This document shows positions 1-12,372 of a stretch of 64,000 bases of DNA, in pieces. The DNA is from Azolla caroliniana (taxonomy: Eukaryota; Plantae; Polypodiophyta), in assembly GCA_043228905.1 (NCBI GenBank), contig JBHGNT010000022.1, positions 6,572,001 to 6,636,000 of the forward strand. The letters run 5' to 3'. Under the pieces are notes generated by a model. That model searched no databases. It had not been told where the DNA came from and saw only the letters and a list, made by a program, of their open reading frames with translations. The position numbers were made by a program, and so were the translations under genes. Positions within the stretch are counted from its first letter, which is position 1; each line of letters opens with the position of its first letter.

Positions 1-3000
1 GCCCAGGGCCTCCCGTTCTGTAGTCGAATAGTTCTTCTCCGCTTGGGACAGCTTCCGGCTGGCGTAATATACCGGCCGGTACCATTTAGGCTCCGTAAGT
101 TGCATTAAGGCGCTGCCGATAGCGATGTCGGAAGCATCCACGAACACATGAAATTCCTTGCTCCAATCCGGAGGCTGCACGACGGGTGCTTGCGACAAAA
201 GTACCTTCAGGGCATTGTATGCCTTATCCTCCGTATCCGTCCATTGGAACGGTGTTCGATGTACCACGGTGTGTAATGGTGTAGCCAAGTCAGCCAAGTG
301 ACGGAGCATCCGGCTGTGCCACCGGATCTGTCCTAAGAATCGGCTTAGTGCTTTGGCCGTTTTCGGCGCCGGTGCCCCTAGTATCGCGTTTACTTTGTCC
401 GGGTCGACCGCAATGCCCTCCTTACTTACAATGTGTCCCAGTAAGATTCCACTTGAAACCCCAAAGATGCATTTTGCTGGGTTTAAGCTTAGCCGGTATA
501 ACCTACACTTTTCAAGGCATAACCGTAGGTGCTGCAAATGGTTTTTTTCCCGGCTATAGACTGCAAAGTCATCCAGGAAAACCTGCATGAAGGCTGGAAT
601 GTATTCGCCGAAGATCTCCATGATGATTCGCTGGAAAGTTGCTGGTGCCGTTTTTAGTCCGAACATCATTACTACGGCCACAAACACCCCCCATTCGGTG
701 ACGAACGCTGTCTTCTCCTGGTCGTCAGGGTGCATCCGGATTTGATTGTATCCGCTGAACCCGTCTAAAAAGCTATAAACTTCATGGCCGGCGACGGCAT
801 CCAGTACTCCATCCGTGAACGGAAGAGGGAATGCATCCGTAATTGTGGCTGCATTTAGTTTCCTGTAATCTACACACACGCGGATTTTACCGTTCTCCTT
901 TGGGACGACGACAATGGGGCTCAGCCACGTCGCTTTCTTTACCGGCCGGATGAAGCCCACTCTTAGGAGTTTGTCGATTTCCTCCTTCACTTTGGCGGCG
1001 TAGTTGGGGTTCATTCGGTAACGTCTTTGCGCCACTGGTTTCGCGTCCTTGCCTAAGTGGATCTGATGCTGATATAATTGAGGGTCCAGCCCTCGCATGT
1101 CTTCGTATGACCAGGCGAATACGTCGCGAAACTCCGTGAGAAGTTTGATCATCGCCGCTTTATCTTCCGGCTTCATTTCTTTGGCGATGTGTACCGGCTT
1201 TGATTCGTCCTTGCTTCCTAGGTTCACTTCGTCGAGCTGGGATGTTTTTACCCGTTGGGAAACGGCCATTTCCCGTTCCAACGCTTCCTGTGCTTGCCGT
1301 AATTCCCGAATCGAATCTTTGTCTGGTTCGGCTTCGGTTTCGTCCCGCTGCGGCAAGTATGGCGCTACGGCTTCAGCCACGTCAATCTCGAAGAGTGGTA
1401 CGATCTTCGGGTGTTCCTCCAAGTACTGGGCTTCTTCGTCGTCTGCCAACCCTTCAAGCATGTTCACGCATTCCGCATACAGCAGTGTGCATTCCTTACC
1501 GTTGCTCGTCCGTGGTTGTGTCGGTACCCGGACCTTGGCTTTTCCGCGCCGGAAGGTAATCATATTTTTCCACCAATTTTGCTTGATGTGTGCTGTTTTC
1601 AACCATGGTCTGCCCAGCAACAGTGGGTAGGCGCCTTGCGCCTGTAGCTGCAGCACTACAGCCGAGATGTGAAATGTGTGACCTCCTATGGTGACCTCCA
1701 ATTTCCGTATTAAGCCCGTGGGCCGTACAGAGCTCGTATCCGCCATCCGTAGCCAGAACGGACATGGCTCCCATTCATGTATACCCAAGGCATCACACGT
1801 GCGGAGGCTTATTACGTTCACCCCAGAACCTCCATCGATTACTGTGCCGGGAAGTTCGTGCCCTTTGACAATAGCTGTAATCACCGGACTACTAGTGTCC
1901 ACCACCGTCGGTCCCTCCTCCGGATTCGAGAAGAGGACTGGTGCCGGTAGGGCTATACCGTCTGTCATGACCGTTTTTAGTCCTTCCGTAAATCATGGCA
2001 CGAGCTGCAAGAGTCTTCCTAATGGCAACGTGATTTGACATTCTTGCAGTACTTGCCATGTCTCGTTTTCTGGGTGGCTACCGCCGGCACTCCCTATGGT
2101 ATTCGCCTTTTGCCGTTCCGCGTCCGCGACGTTCCTTTCATTGGCTTCCTTCACCCATTCCGTCGCCTGTTTTCGTATGGCCTCTTGTGTTTCCCACTCT
2201 TTGGCCATGCCTTTCGACCGTGTGGTTACTTGCTGTACATCCGCCACTTCCGGAACCACCATAGTAACTGCTGGTCGTTTATCGTAGTTCTTTGCCGGGC
2301 ACTGGTTACTGTAGTGGCCTTCCTGCCTTCAGTAGTAGCAGTACTCTTTACGGGTATTGCTGGATTCAACATTGCTGGTAGCCGGAGTCGGTCCCGTAGT
2401 GAGTGGTGCGTTCTGTGCCGGTTGGCTCCTTGGGGTTCCATGTTCCGGGTCCCTAGGGTGACCACCTTTCTTGAAATTACGTTTCTTATTATTCTTATTT
2501 TTATTTCGGTAGTCCTGTCATGGTGGATCGTAAAATCGGCCGTAGTCCTCCTGGTGCCTTCGGTAACCAGGGGAATGGTCTATGTCGTATTGCTCGTGTC
2601 GTCTGTTGGACTCCCGATAACGGTCCGATCGCTCATACCGGTCGTAATTATCATGCCGATCCCCGTACCGGCCATCATTCTCTTGTCTGTCTCCGTACCG
2701 GACATCCTGTGCCGGTCGGTACCGGTTCATTCTTTGCCAACAATCTTCATCTTCGTCTCGGCTGCTTCTTGGCTCGATCCGTCGAACGGGTGGTGCTTGT
2801 CGGTTTAGCAGGTTATACTCGCACCGGTCCGTTGTATGACTCTTGGATTGACAAATCACACACTGGGTTCGCATGGTGCACTCCACTGCCGAGTGTCCGG
2901 CATTCAAGCAGATTGTGCATTGAATTGCCTGCCGGAACCGGAGATCTTCATCTGTGGGTAACGCCCGTTGCAGTGCTCCCAGTGTAAGCCATGAGCTTGA

Positions 3001-4143
3001 CTTTTCCATTTCTCTGACCCGGTCAATGACCTGGTCAATGGTGCTTCCTCGAAAGTCGATCACCGTACACACCGTGCGTAATGGTTCCCGGAGTGCGTTT
3101 AAAAATATCGTCCGTAATTCCTCCTCCGGGGGTGCACGGGCAAGCTGGCTATGCATTCGTTGGAAGCGGATGACGAATTGGGGAATGCTTTCCCCTGCCT
3201 CCTGTTGGATCGTATAAAACAGGCCCACCATCGTCGTCTAGTCGACTTCCTTGTGGAAAAAATGCAAAAATTTTGCTTTTAATTCTGCAAAGGTTGTGAT
3301 GGTCGCCGGGTCCTGCGTCCGCCGCCATCGTGCCGCTGGTCCTTCCAACGTGACCCCGAATTCCGCTATCTTCGAGCGTTCTTCTTCCTCCGGTGTCAAT
3401 TGCTGGGACGCGTGATTTGCTTCCCATGTCTGCTCGAAGGCATGAACATGCGCTTCCGCGTCCGGATCATCGCGATACTTTGAGTATTGGAACGGCATGT
3501 CGTCGTCCAGTATTAGGCCGCGGTTTAGTGCCGTTTGTTGATATCTTTCCGGTTTTCTCTCCGGTTCCACTTCCGGTTCTTTTGCCGGTGCTTTTTCCGG
3601 TTCCTCTTCCAGTTCTTTTTCCGGTTCCTTCACCGGCTCTTCTTCCGGTACCTTCGCCGGCTCTTTCGTTGGTGTCGGTGGCTTTGCTTCTTCCACTTCC
3701 GGTGTTGGTGGGTTGACGGCTTCCGTTTGCGGTTCCGGATAGCCCTGGTCGAACGGTTCCGGTTCTGGAGTCGGCACGGTATCCGACCCGTCGTCCTCCG
3801 GGCCGCCGGGGGTATCGTTGCTGCTCCGGTAGTTCGTGTGCACGCTGTATCCCCCTTCGGAATCCGATTCGTAGGCTGAAAAGGCTTCTGCCTCGTTTAC
3901 TCCGCTTGCCAGCGCCTCGAGGAGGCGTTCGGTTTCCCGGAGACTACTTAGACCGCTTCCGTCGTCCTGGTCGCGAGTTTGCTGTAACCGAAGAGATTCC
4001 TCCGCGACTCTCCGGATCTCGTTGGAGAACGAACGATCCGAGCGAATTTCGTGCGCTGCTTGCTGGAAAGTCTCATGCCGTCTTTGCCGTTCGGCGAGGC
4101 GTCGAGCTCGGTCTGTAACTGGGTCGTGCATTGGTCTAGTCAT
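1..4143 (-). pseudogene. gag-pol of A, interrupted (ORFs 3238-4143, 2518-3231, 1993-2262; then PR-RT-RH to the window edge)
   Basis: Translations nearly identical to D ORFs; premature stops/frame breaks at ~3238 and ~2518. Confidence 0.88.
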
Positions 4144-4180
4144 CCATTAAGCCGTCGTTCGCTGCGAGAAAGCAGGAATC

Positions 4181-4190
4181 GTAGTCGCCA
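4181..4190 (-). promoter_or_regulatory. PBS of A (TGGCGACTAC), tRNA-Arg(UCG)-like
   Basis: 6 nt inside the LTR end; same motif as B, I (TGGCGACCAC) and D (TGGCGACCA). tRNA identity from recalled plant tRNA-Arg(UCG) end ...GTGGTCGCCA. Confidence 0.7.
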
Positions 4191-4196
4191 AAACTG

Positions 4197-4615
4197 TGTT
4201 ATTCTCTGACCGGACAAGGCCTAACACAAGGTGTCACGGAGACACTTCACCAAAGGGTGGTTACGGCATAGGATTATGACTCAACAATTACACCGACCTA
4301 AGTAGGTTACACGATTAGAGCGCTTTTGTTAATTACACGCGTAAGATATAACAGTAAGTACAGAACGGAAATCAACACAGAAGTATAAACACCATACGCT
4401 CTATTAATTATCCGCTGCGATTACAATGGGGTTCGGGCCTTTAAATAGGTTTCCGGCCCATAGTACAAAACGGTGCCTATCGCACCTATTCGGGATCCGT
4501 CCGGATCTGGAACGGCATACCGTTTCCAGTCCATCCGTCCACACTATGCTTATTTACAACCATACTTAATTAATTCCTTCACTCCGTATTTTGGACTCCT
4601 TGCCGGCCGGTAACA
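4197..4615 (-). repeat. 5' LTR of A (419 bp)
   Basis: TGTTACC...AATAACA on the minus strand; aligns with the D LTR 55808-56225; TATA-like CCTATTTAAAGG. Confidence 0.92.
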
Positions 4616-4941
4616 TGCCGTTCCGGATCCGGACCGATCCCGAACAGGTGCGGATGGCACCGTTTTGTACTACAAACCGGAAACCTATTTAAAGGCCCGG
4701 ATACAATGTAATGAGCAACGGATAATTAATAAAGCTTAGTGTTTTTATATCTCTGTGTTAATTGCCATTCTGCATTCATTGTTATATCTTACGCGTGTGA
4801 TTATTAAAGAAGATCTTGCTAAGTAACCTAATTAAGTCGGATTAATCGTTGAGCCTAATCCTCTTGCCGTAACACCCCTTTGGTGAAGTGTCTTCCGTAG
4901 ACACCATGTGTTAGGCCATTGTCCGGCCCTAAGAGTTAACA
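4616..4941 (+). repeat. Remaining part of the B 5' LTR (start displaced by A)
   Basis: TGCCGTTCCGGATCCGGACCGATCCCGAACAG...GAGTTAACA aligns with 21809-22134. Confidence 0.9.
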
Positions 4942-4994
4942 CAGTTTTTGGCGACCACGATTCCTGTTTTTGCAGCGAACGACGACATGAATGG

Positions 4995-7900
4995 ATGACT
5001 AGATCAACGCACGACCTGGTTACAGATCGAACTCGACGCCTTGCCGAAAGTCAAAGGAGACGTGAGGCTTTCCAGCAAGCGGCGCAAGAAATTACAGCGG
5101 ATCGTTCGTTTTCCAACGTAATCCGGAGAGTAGCGGAGGAGTCCCTTTGGTTATAGCAAACATCGCACCCGGACGATGGCAGCTGCCTAATAAGCCTCCG
5201 GGAAACCGAATCCCTTCTCCAGGCGTTGGCAAGCGGAGAAGGCGAAGCAGAAGCCTTTTCAACGTATGAATCGGATTCCGAAGGGGGATACAACGTGCAC
5301 ACGAACTACCGTAGCGGCAACGACACCCCGGGCGGACCGGAGGACGAAGGATTGGACACCTTACCGACACCGGAACGGGAAGGGCTAAGGCTGGAACCTC
5401 CGGAACCAGAAGCAGAGGAAGAGCGACCTCCGACACCGAAAGTCGAGGAGGAGAGGCCTCCGTCACCAAAAGAAGAGGAACGACCACCGACGCCGGAGAA
5501 AAACCAGGAACGACCACCAACACCACCAGCCCGCGCACCAATACCGGACGACGACATTCGTTCCAGTACTCCAAGGATAGAGATGATCCGGACACAGAAG
5601 CTCATGTTCATGCCTTTGAACAAACATGGGAAGCAAACCATGTTTCCCAGCGATTGACCCCGGATGAAGAGGAACACTCTAAGATAGCGGAATTTGGCGT
5701 CACATTGGAGGGACCGGCAGCAAGATGGCGCCGGACGCAGGACCCGTCTACCATCACCACCTTCGTAGATTTAAAAGCTAAATTCTTGCATTTTTTCCAG
5801 AAGGAGGTGGACCAGACAGTAATGGTGGGCTTGTTTTATACCATCCGACAGGAGGCAGGGGAGAGCATTCCCCAATTTGTCATCCGGTTTCAACGGATGC
5901 ATAGTCAGCTTGCCCGCGCACCCCCGGAGGAGGAATTACGGACTATATTCCTAAATGCGCTCCGGGAACCCCTACGCACGGTTTGCACGGTAATTGACTT
6001 CTGCGCAAGTACCATCGACCAGGTCATTGACCGGGTGAGAGAGATGGAAAAGACAAGCTCCTGGCTCACACTGGGAGCACTCCAACGGGCGTTACCGTCT
6101 GATGAAGACCTCCGGTTTCGGCAAGCAATACAGTGCACAACCTGCTTGGATTCCGGACACTCGGCACTAGAATGCACTATGAGGACGCAATGTGTAATCT
6201 GTCAATCCAAGGGCCACACGACGGATAGGTGCGAGTATAATCTATTGAACCGGCAAGCACCGCCCGTCCGACAAATAGAGCCACGCAGCAGCCGGGATGA
6301 AGAAGAGGAACGCTGGTGGCAAATGGACCGCGACTGACCGGCACAGGATGTCCGGTATGGCGATCGACGGGAGAATGATGTCCGGTACGGTGATCGGCGG
6401 GATAACTACGACCAGGACGATAGATATGATCGGTACCGGGATTACAATAGACGATACAAACATTACGACCGGGAGCACTCCCCCGGGTATCGTCAGCAAC
6501 AAGAGGAATACGGCAGATATATTGAACAACCTCGTCAAGAGTACCGCAATAAGAAGAACTATAACAAAAAACGACATTTCAAAAAAGGCGGCCACCCACG
6601 GGATCCGGAACAAGGAGTTTCAAGCAGCCAACTGGCCCAAAACCCCGCGCTTACCACAGGACCTGCCCCGGGTACAACAAACAATGCCGAATCCAGCAAT
6701 ACCCGGAAAGCCTACTGCTACTACTGCCGATAGGAAGGCCATTATAGTAATCAATGCCCGGCGAAGAGCTATGAAAAACGACCGGCAGTAAATATGGTAG
6801 TCCCTGAAGTGGCAGATCTGCAGCAGGTGACCACAAGGTCGAAGGGCATGGCCAAGGAATGGGAGACGTAGGAGACCATCCGGAAGCAAGCGACGGAATG
6901 GGTGAAGAAAGCAAACGAGCAAAACGTAACAGACTTAGAGCGGCAAAAGGAGAACACCGTAGGGCTTGCCGGCGGTAGTCACTCCGAGAACGAGACATGG
7001 CAGGCGTTGCAAGAATGCCAGATTACGCTGCCACTAGGAAGACTCCTACAGCTCGTGCCGAGATTCACGAAAGGACTGAAGACAACCATGACGGAAGGAG
7101 AATCATCACCGGCACCGGTACTCTTCTCGAATCCGGAGGAGGGACCAACGGTGGTGGACACCAACAGTCCGGTAATTACTGCCATTGTAAAAGGGAAAGA
7201 ACTCCCCGGCACAGTAATAGATGAAGGCTCCGGTGTGAATGTAATAAGCCTCTGGACGTGTGATGCCCTGGGAATCCACGAGTGGGAGCCGTGTCCGTTT
7301 TGGTTACGGATGGCCGATACAAGCTCAGTGTGGCCGACAGGATTAATACGAAAATTAGAAGATAGCGTTGGTGGTCATACATTTCACATCTCGGCAGTAG
7401 TGCTACAATTACAGGCACAAGGCGCGTACCCGGTATTGCTGGGGCGGCCATGGTTGAAAACGGCACATATCAAACAAAATTGGAGGAAAAATATAATTAC
7501 CTTTCGGCGAGGAAAAGCCAAGGTACGTGTACCAACACAACCAAGGACGAGCACTGGCAAGGAATGTACACCGTTGTATGCAGAGTGCGTCAACATGCTA
7601 GAAGGGTTAGCTGACCAAGAAGAAGCTCAGTACTTGCAAGAAAACCCGAAGATCGTACCCCTCTTCGAAATTGACATTGCCGGAGCAGTAGCACCATACT
7701 TACCGCAGCCGGAAGAGACTGAAGTAGAACCGGATAAGGACGCAATCCGAGAGTTACGACAAGCGCAGGAAGCGTTGGAACGGGAAATGGCCGTTTCACA
7801 GCGCGTAAAAGCGTCGCAACTTGAAGAGGTGAACCTAGGGACCACGGACGAAGCAAAACCGGTGCACATCGCCAAGGAGATGAAGTCCGAAGACAAAACG

Positions 7901-10900
7901 GCGATGATCACACTTCTCATGGAATTTCGCGACGTGTTTGCCTGGTCATACGAAGACATGTGAGGGCTTGACCCTCAGTTATACCAGCATCAGATTCACT
8001 TGAGCAAGGACGCAAAACCAGTGGCACAAAGATGGTACCGGATGAATCCCAATTATGCCACCAAAGTCAAGGAGGAAATCGACATGGCTGAGCCCGATCA
8101 TAGTTGTACCGAAGAAGAACGGAAAAATTCAAGTTTGTGTGGACTACTGGAAACTCAATGCGGTAACAGATGCGTTTCCACTTCCGTTCACAGATGGAGT
8201 GTTGGATGTCGTCGCCGGCCATGAGGTCTATAGCTGTCGGGAACTGGACGTTCCTTATGCGCAAGACTCGGCCACAACCGAGATTCTTTTCATACACAGA
8301 AAAACAGGTAATGAAACGCGACACAAAGAAGAGAAATGGTACACAGGAGGTTTACGTGGAAAAACCCCAAACTAGGGGAAAAAACCACCGCAGCCCACAG
8401 GCTGCAAACTGTCACTATGTATGAATGTACAAAACAGTGAGTTCACGGAGGCAACGACCTCGGACTCACGATCTTCGCCACAGGCGGCGGTTACAACAGA
8501 GGCAACGACCTCTTTCTCTCTCTCTCTCTGTACAACGTTACGTACTGTCTCTTCTTCTTGCACCAACAAGAAAAATAACAACAACGTCATATTAGTTTGC
8601 CCTAAGTCATATTTATACTAATATGACTTTTTGGCTATTTACAAATATAGCCACAATGGGCTCTCAGAAACATATTTACGAATATGTCTCTTCCTCCGGT
8701 TCATACCGGGTCTACACCATCCGACTCTCCGTAACCGGGTACTCCTCATCCGGTTCATACCGGGCCTGCACCATCCAGCTCTCCGTAGCCGGGTACTCCT
8801 CATCCGGTTCATACCGGGCCTGCACCATCCGGCTCTCCGTAGCCGGGTACTCCTCTAACGGTTTCAAGACGAGTTTGTTCATCGTCACTGATCTTCCCCC
8901 TTCCCATCGGGAGGGACCTGTCTCCCAACAATAGCTTTCTAGACGGATTCAACGGGTATAATCAGATCCGGATGCACCCCGACGACCAAGAGAAAACGGC
9001 TTTCGTCACCGAATGGGGGGTGTTTGTGGCCATGGTGATGATGTTCGGACTCAAAACGGCACCGGCAACATTCCAACGAATCATCATGGAAATCTTTGGT
9101 GAATATATCCCGGCTTTTATGCAGGTTTTCCTTGACGATTTCGCCGTCTATAGCCGGGAAGAGGACCATTTTCAGCACCTTTGTCTTTGTCTAGAAAAGT
9201 GTAGAGCGTACCGGCTAAGCTTGAATCCGGCGAAGTGTGTATTTGGCGAGTCCAGTGGAACCCTACTAGGACATATTGTGAGCAAGGAAGGCATTGCAGT
9301 CGACCTGGACAAAGTGAAAGCCATATTAGAAGCACCGGCGTTGGCAACGGCAAAGGCATTGAGCCGGTTCTTAGGCCAGATCTGGTGGCACAGCCGGATG
9401 CTCTGATACTTGGCCGACCTGGCTACACCGTTGCATGCCGCGGTACATCGAACACCATTCCAGTGGACCGACATGGAGGATAGGGCGTATAGGGCCCTCA
9501 AGGTACTATTGTCGCAAGCACCGGTAGTGCAGCCTCCGGATTGGAGTAAAGAATTTCATGTGTTCGTGGACGCCTCCGACATCGCAATTGGAAGCACACT
9601 GATGCAGCTTACGAAGCCAAAGTGGTACCGGCCAGTGTACTATGCCAACCGAAAGCTATCCCAAGCGGAACGGAACTACTCTACCACCGAACGGGAAGCT
9701 CTAGGGATGATCTACAGTGTGACAAAGTTTCGGCATTATTTATTGGGAAGGAAGTTTTCCTTCCATGTAGATCATTCGGCACTCCTCTACCTGGTGTCCA
9801 AGGCGTCACTCACCGGTAAGTTGGCCCGATGGACCTTACTGTTACAGGAATTCGAGTTCGAAATATTCCACCGACCTGGTATACAGCATGCCGTAGCGGA
9901 TTATTTAAGCCAATTAGAATCCGGAGAGATGGGCGACGGAGTAGCGGACGAGTTTCCGGATGCGGAGCTGTTTCGAGTCACTACGGAAACGGTAGCGGAT
10001 GAAACAGTGGCACAGGAAGACAAGTGGCTCACAAATATGCATCAGTTTTTGAGCACAGGACTGCCTCCGGAGGAGATGAACCGGGACGAAAGGAAACGCC
10101 TGGCGGTGCAAAGCCGACATTTCTGCTTACTGCGAGACACACTTTACCACAAGGGCGCGGATGTCATATGGAGACGGGTTGTGCGCAACGATGAAAAAGG
10201 ACCTCATACTGAGGGAAGCCCACTGCGGAGTTGCCGGAGGTCACTATGCCGGAGATGCGACGGCCAGGAAAATATGGCAAAGTGGCCTATGGTGGCCAAC
10301 TACATTAAGAGATGTTGTACGGTACGCAAAAGAATGTGACCTATGCCAGCGAATGGGCCAGCCAACGAAGCAAGCTTGGATGCCACACCAGCTTGTACTA
10401 CCACTCGAACCATTCCAAAAGTGGGGGCTAGACTTTGTTGGACCGTTCAAACCACCGGCAATGAGAACAGGTAATTGGTACGTCATCGTCGCGACGGATT
10501 ACTGCACGAAATGGGTGGAGGCCAAAGCCTTAAGAGACAACACCGCTGCATCAACGACAAAATTTCTATACGAATACATCTGGTGCCATTACGGATGCCC
10601 AATCGAATTAATAAGCGACCATGGGGGGCACTTTCTCGGCCAAGTAGTTGAAAGCCTGATGACATTCTATGCCGTTGTCCATAAACGGAGCACACCATAC
10701 TATCCGCAAGCAAACGGGTTAGCTGAGTCGATGAACAAAACGCTCCAAAATATCCGTCGGAAGATCGTCAACGAAAACCGAACGGATTGGGATACCAAGC
10801 TACATAGCACGCTTTAGGCATACCAGACAACATACAAAACGAGCATCCGAACAACACCGTTCCGGTTAGCGTTCGGACTAGAGGTGGTCATGCTAGTGGA

Positions 10901-11465
10901 ATTCCAAGTACTAAGCTTATGGATCCAGCTACGGGAACGACTGAACAAGAAGGAGTTGGAGGCAATACAGTTAACAACACTATGTGAACTTGAGGAACAA
11001 CGATTGGCAAGCATCCTGCACTTAGAATTGGAACAATGGCGACGGAAAGCATTTGTCGACCGGCACATGAAAGGAAATGAAAAAATGTTCAAAATCGGCA
11101 AGCCGGTGTTAGTATTTCAGACCCGGATGGGCAAGATGCCGGGTAAACTACGGTTTAGATGGACCGGCCCGTATTGGCTGACACGTGAGTATAATGGGTC
11201 CTACCAATTACGGACACTTGCCGGCGAAGTGCTAGGCAAATGGGTCAATGGATTCAGATTGAAGCCATATAGAGGAACGATGCCCAAGAACCCATTTGAG
11301 CAAAGGACCGACACCGGGTCGGGAACTGGTGCGGAAATGACAACCTGTGAGGGAAACGGCAACAACCAAGACGGAGGAGACGGCGAGCCAGTAACTGGGG
11401 AGAATGAGGCGACGGCAAACCGTAATGAGGCCGGTAAGGGTCCGGTAGGACCAACGGACAAGTAA
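4995..11465 (+). pseudogene. gag-pol of B, multiple stops/frameshifts, split by a solo LTR in RT
   Basis: gag knuckles (5654-6337), protease (6902-7963), RT FLDDF (8972-9406), RNase H FVDAS (9410-), integrase H-H-C-C and WGLDFVGP (10161-), WTGPY motif (10884-11465). Confidence 0.92.
8235..8930 (-). mobile_element. Solo LTR of the copia K family
   Basis: TG...CA ends with perfect TSD ATAGC (8230-8234, 8931-8935); reverse complement resembles K LTRs, including ~3 units of the 54-bp repeat; B RT resumes after it. Confidence 0.93.
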
Positions 11466-11665
11466 CCTCACACTACATTTAAAAAAAAAAAAAAAAAAAA
11501 GTGAAGTAATCATGCAAAAGCGAGGTATGAACGAACGAGAGAGCGAGGAGCGAAAAGTTAAGTAGTGGGCATTTAAGCGCCGCCACAGGACATAATGCTA
11601 TTTTAGTACACGATGTGCACACGCTCGAAAAAGGCGCCAGAATGCACAGAGAAAAACCACAGCGC

Positions 11666-12372
11666 TGTCGTGCTCTTCGGCTCCGGATCGTTGCGTGAGT
11701 CGGGTGGGAACCGTCGAGGTTTTTGACTAGGAGGAAGAGGAATATAACTTAAGGCTAGTTATGAATAGTGGAAAGAGAAGTAAGATAGCAATCTCGTGAA
11801 TCCCACTAGTTTAGTGTATTTAAAACAATATTTAGATTATAAGAGTAATTTAGATGGCAAAATTCGTGAATCCCACGAATATATTAGATTGATCAATCCT
11901 TGTATATTAATCAACAACCTTATACATATTTCTCTCCTCCTTATATAAAGATGGAAGAGGCTAAGCATGGCTTCATGCTTTTTCACCAACTGTGTCCATG
12001 CACACTAAATGTGCATGTGATGCTTTGTCATTTCCTAAGTATAGGGCTCATGCGCGCTAGATGTGCATGAGTCACTTTTAATGTCACGTGTAAATAAAAT
12101 ATTCACACCCTAAAGAATACATGATTTTTACCTTTTAATTAATAAAGGTATGTGTAAATAAAGGTCTTATACATATTAAATCTATATATATAACACTAAA
12201 GATAAGTTATTACAATGGTAAAGTTGGGGTTTATCTACGTGGAGGTGCAAGGTTCGAATCTTGCCCTATGCACGTGATAAATGTTTTGATATATTATTTA
12301 TTTATTATATGTATCTAAAATCGGATATATTATTTGATGGTTTTCACGTAGTGTGAGGAATACACTACGACA
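11666..12372 (-). repeat. 3' LTR of C (707 bp)
   Basis: Direct repeat of 17972-18672. Confidence 0.93.

Larger units (their letters stand above)
1..4615 (-). mobile_element. Element A: Ty3/gypsy LTR retrotransposon, 5' part; runs off the left edge; inserted in the 5' LTR of B
   Basis: Inverted near-copy of D (55808-~60420). Minus strand gives LTR, PBS, gag with CCHC knuckles, protease (VIDGGSGVN), RT and RNase H start. Confidence 0.93.

Noticed and set aside
1-4615. A and D as terminal inverted repeats of one giant element, or a segmental inversion
   Set aside because: Each begins exactly at an LTR TG inside a different host element, and their U5 regions differ at many sites; independent insertions are simpler.
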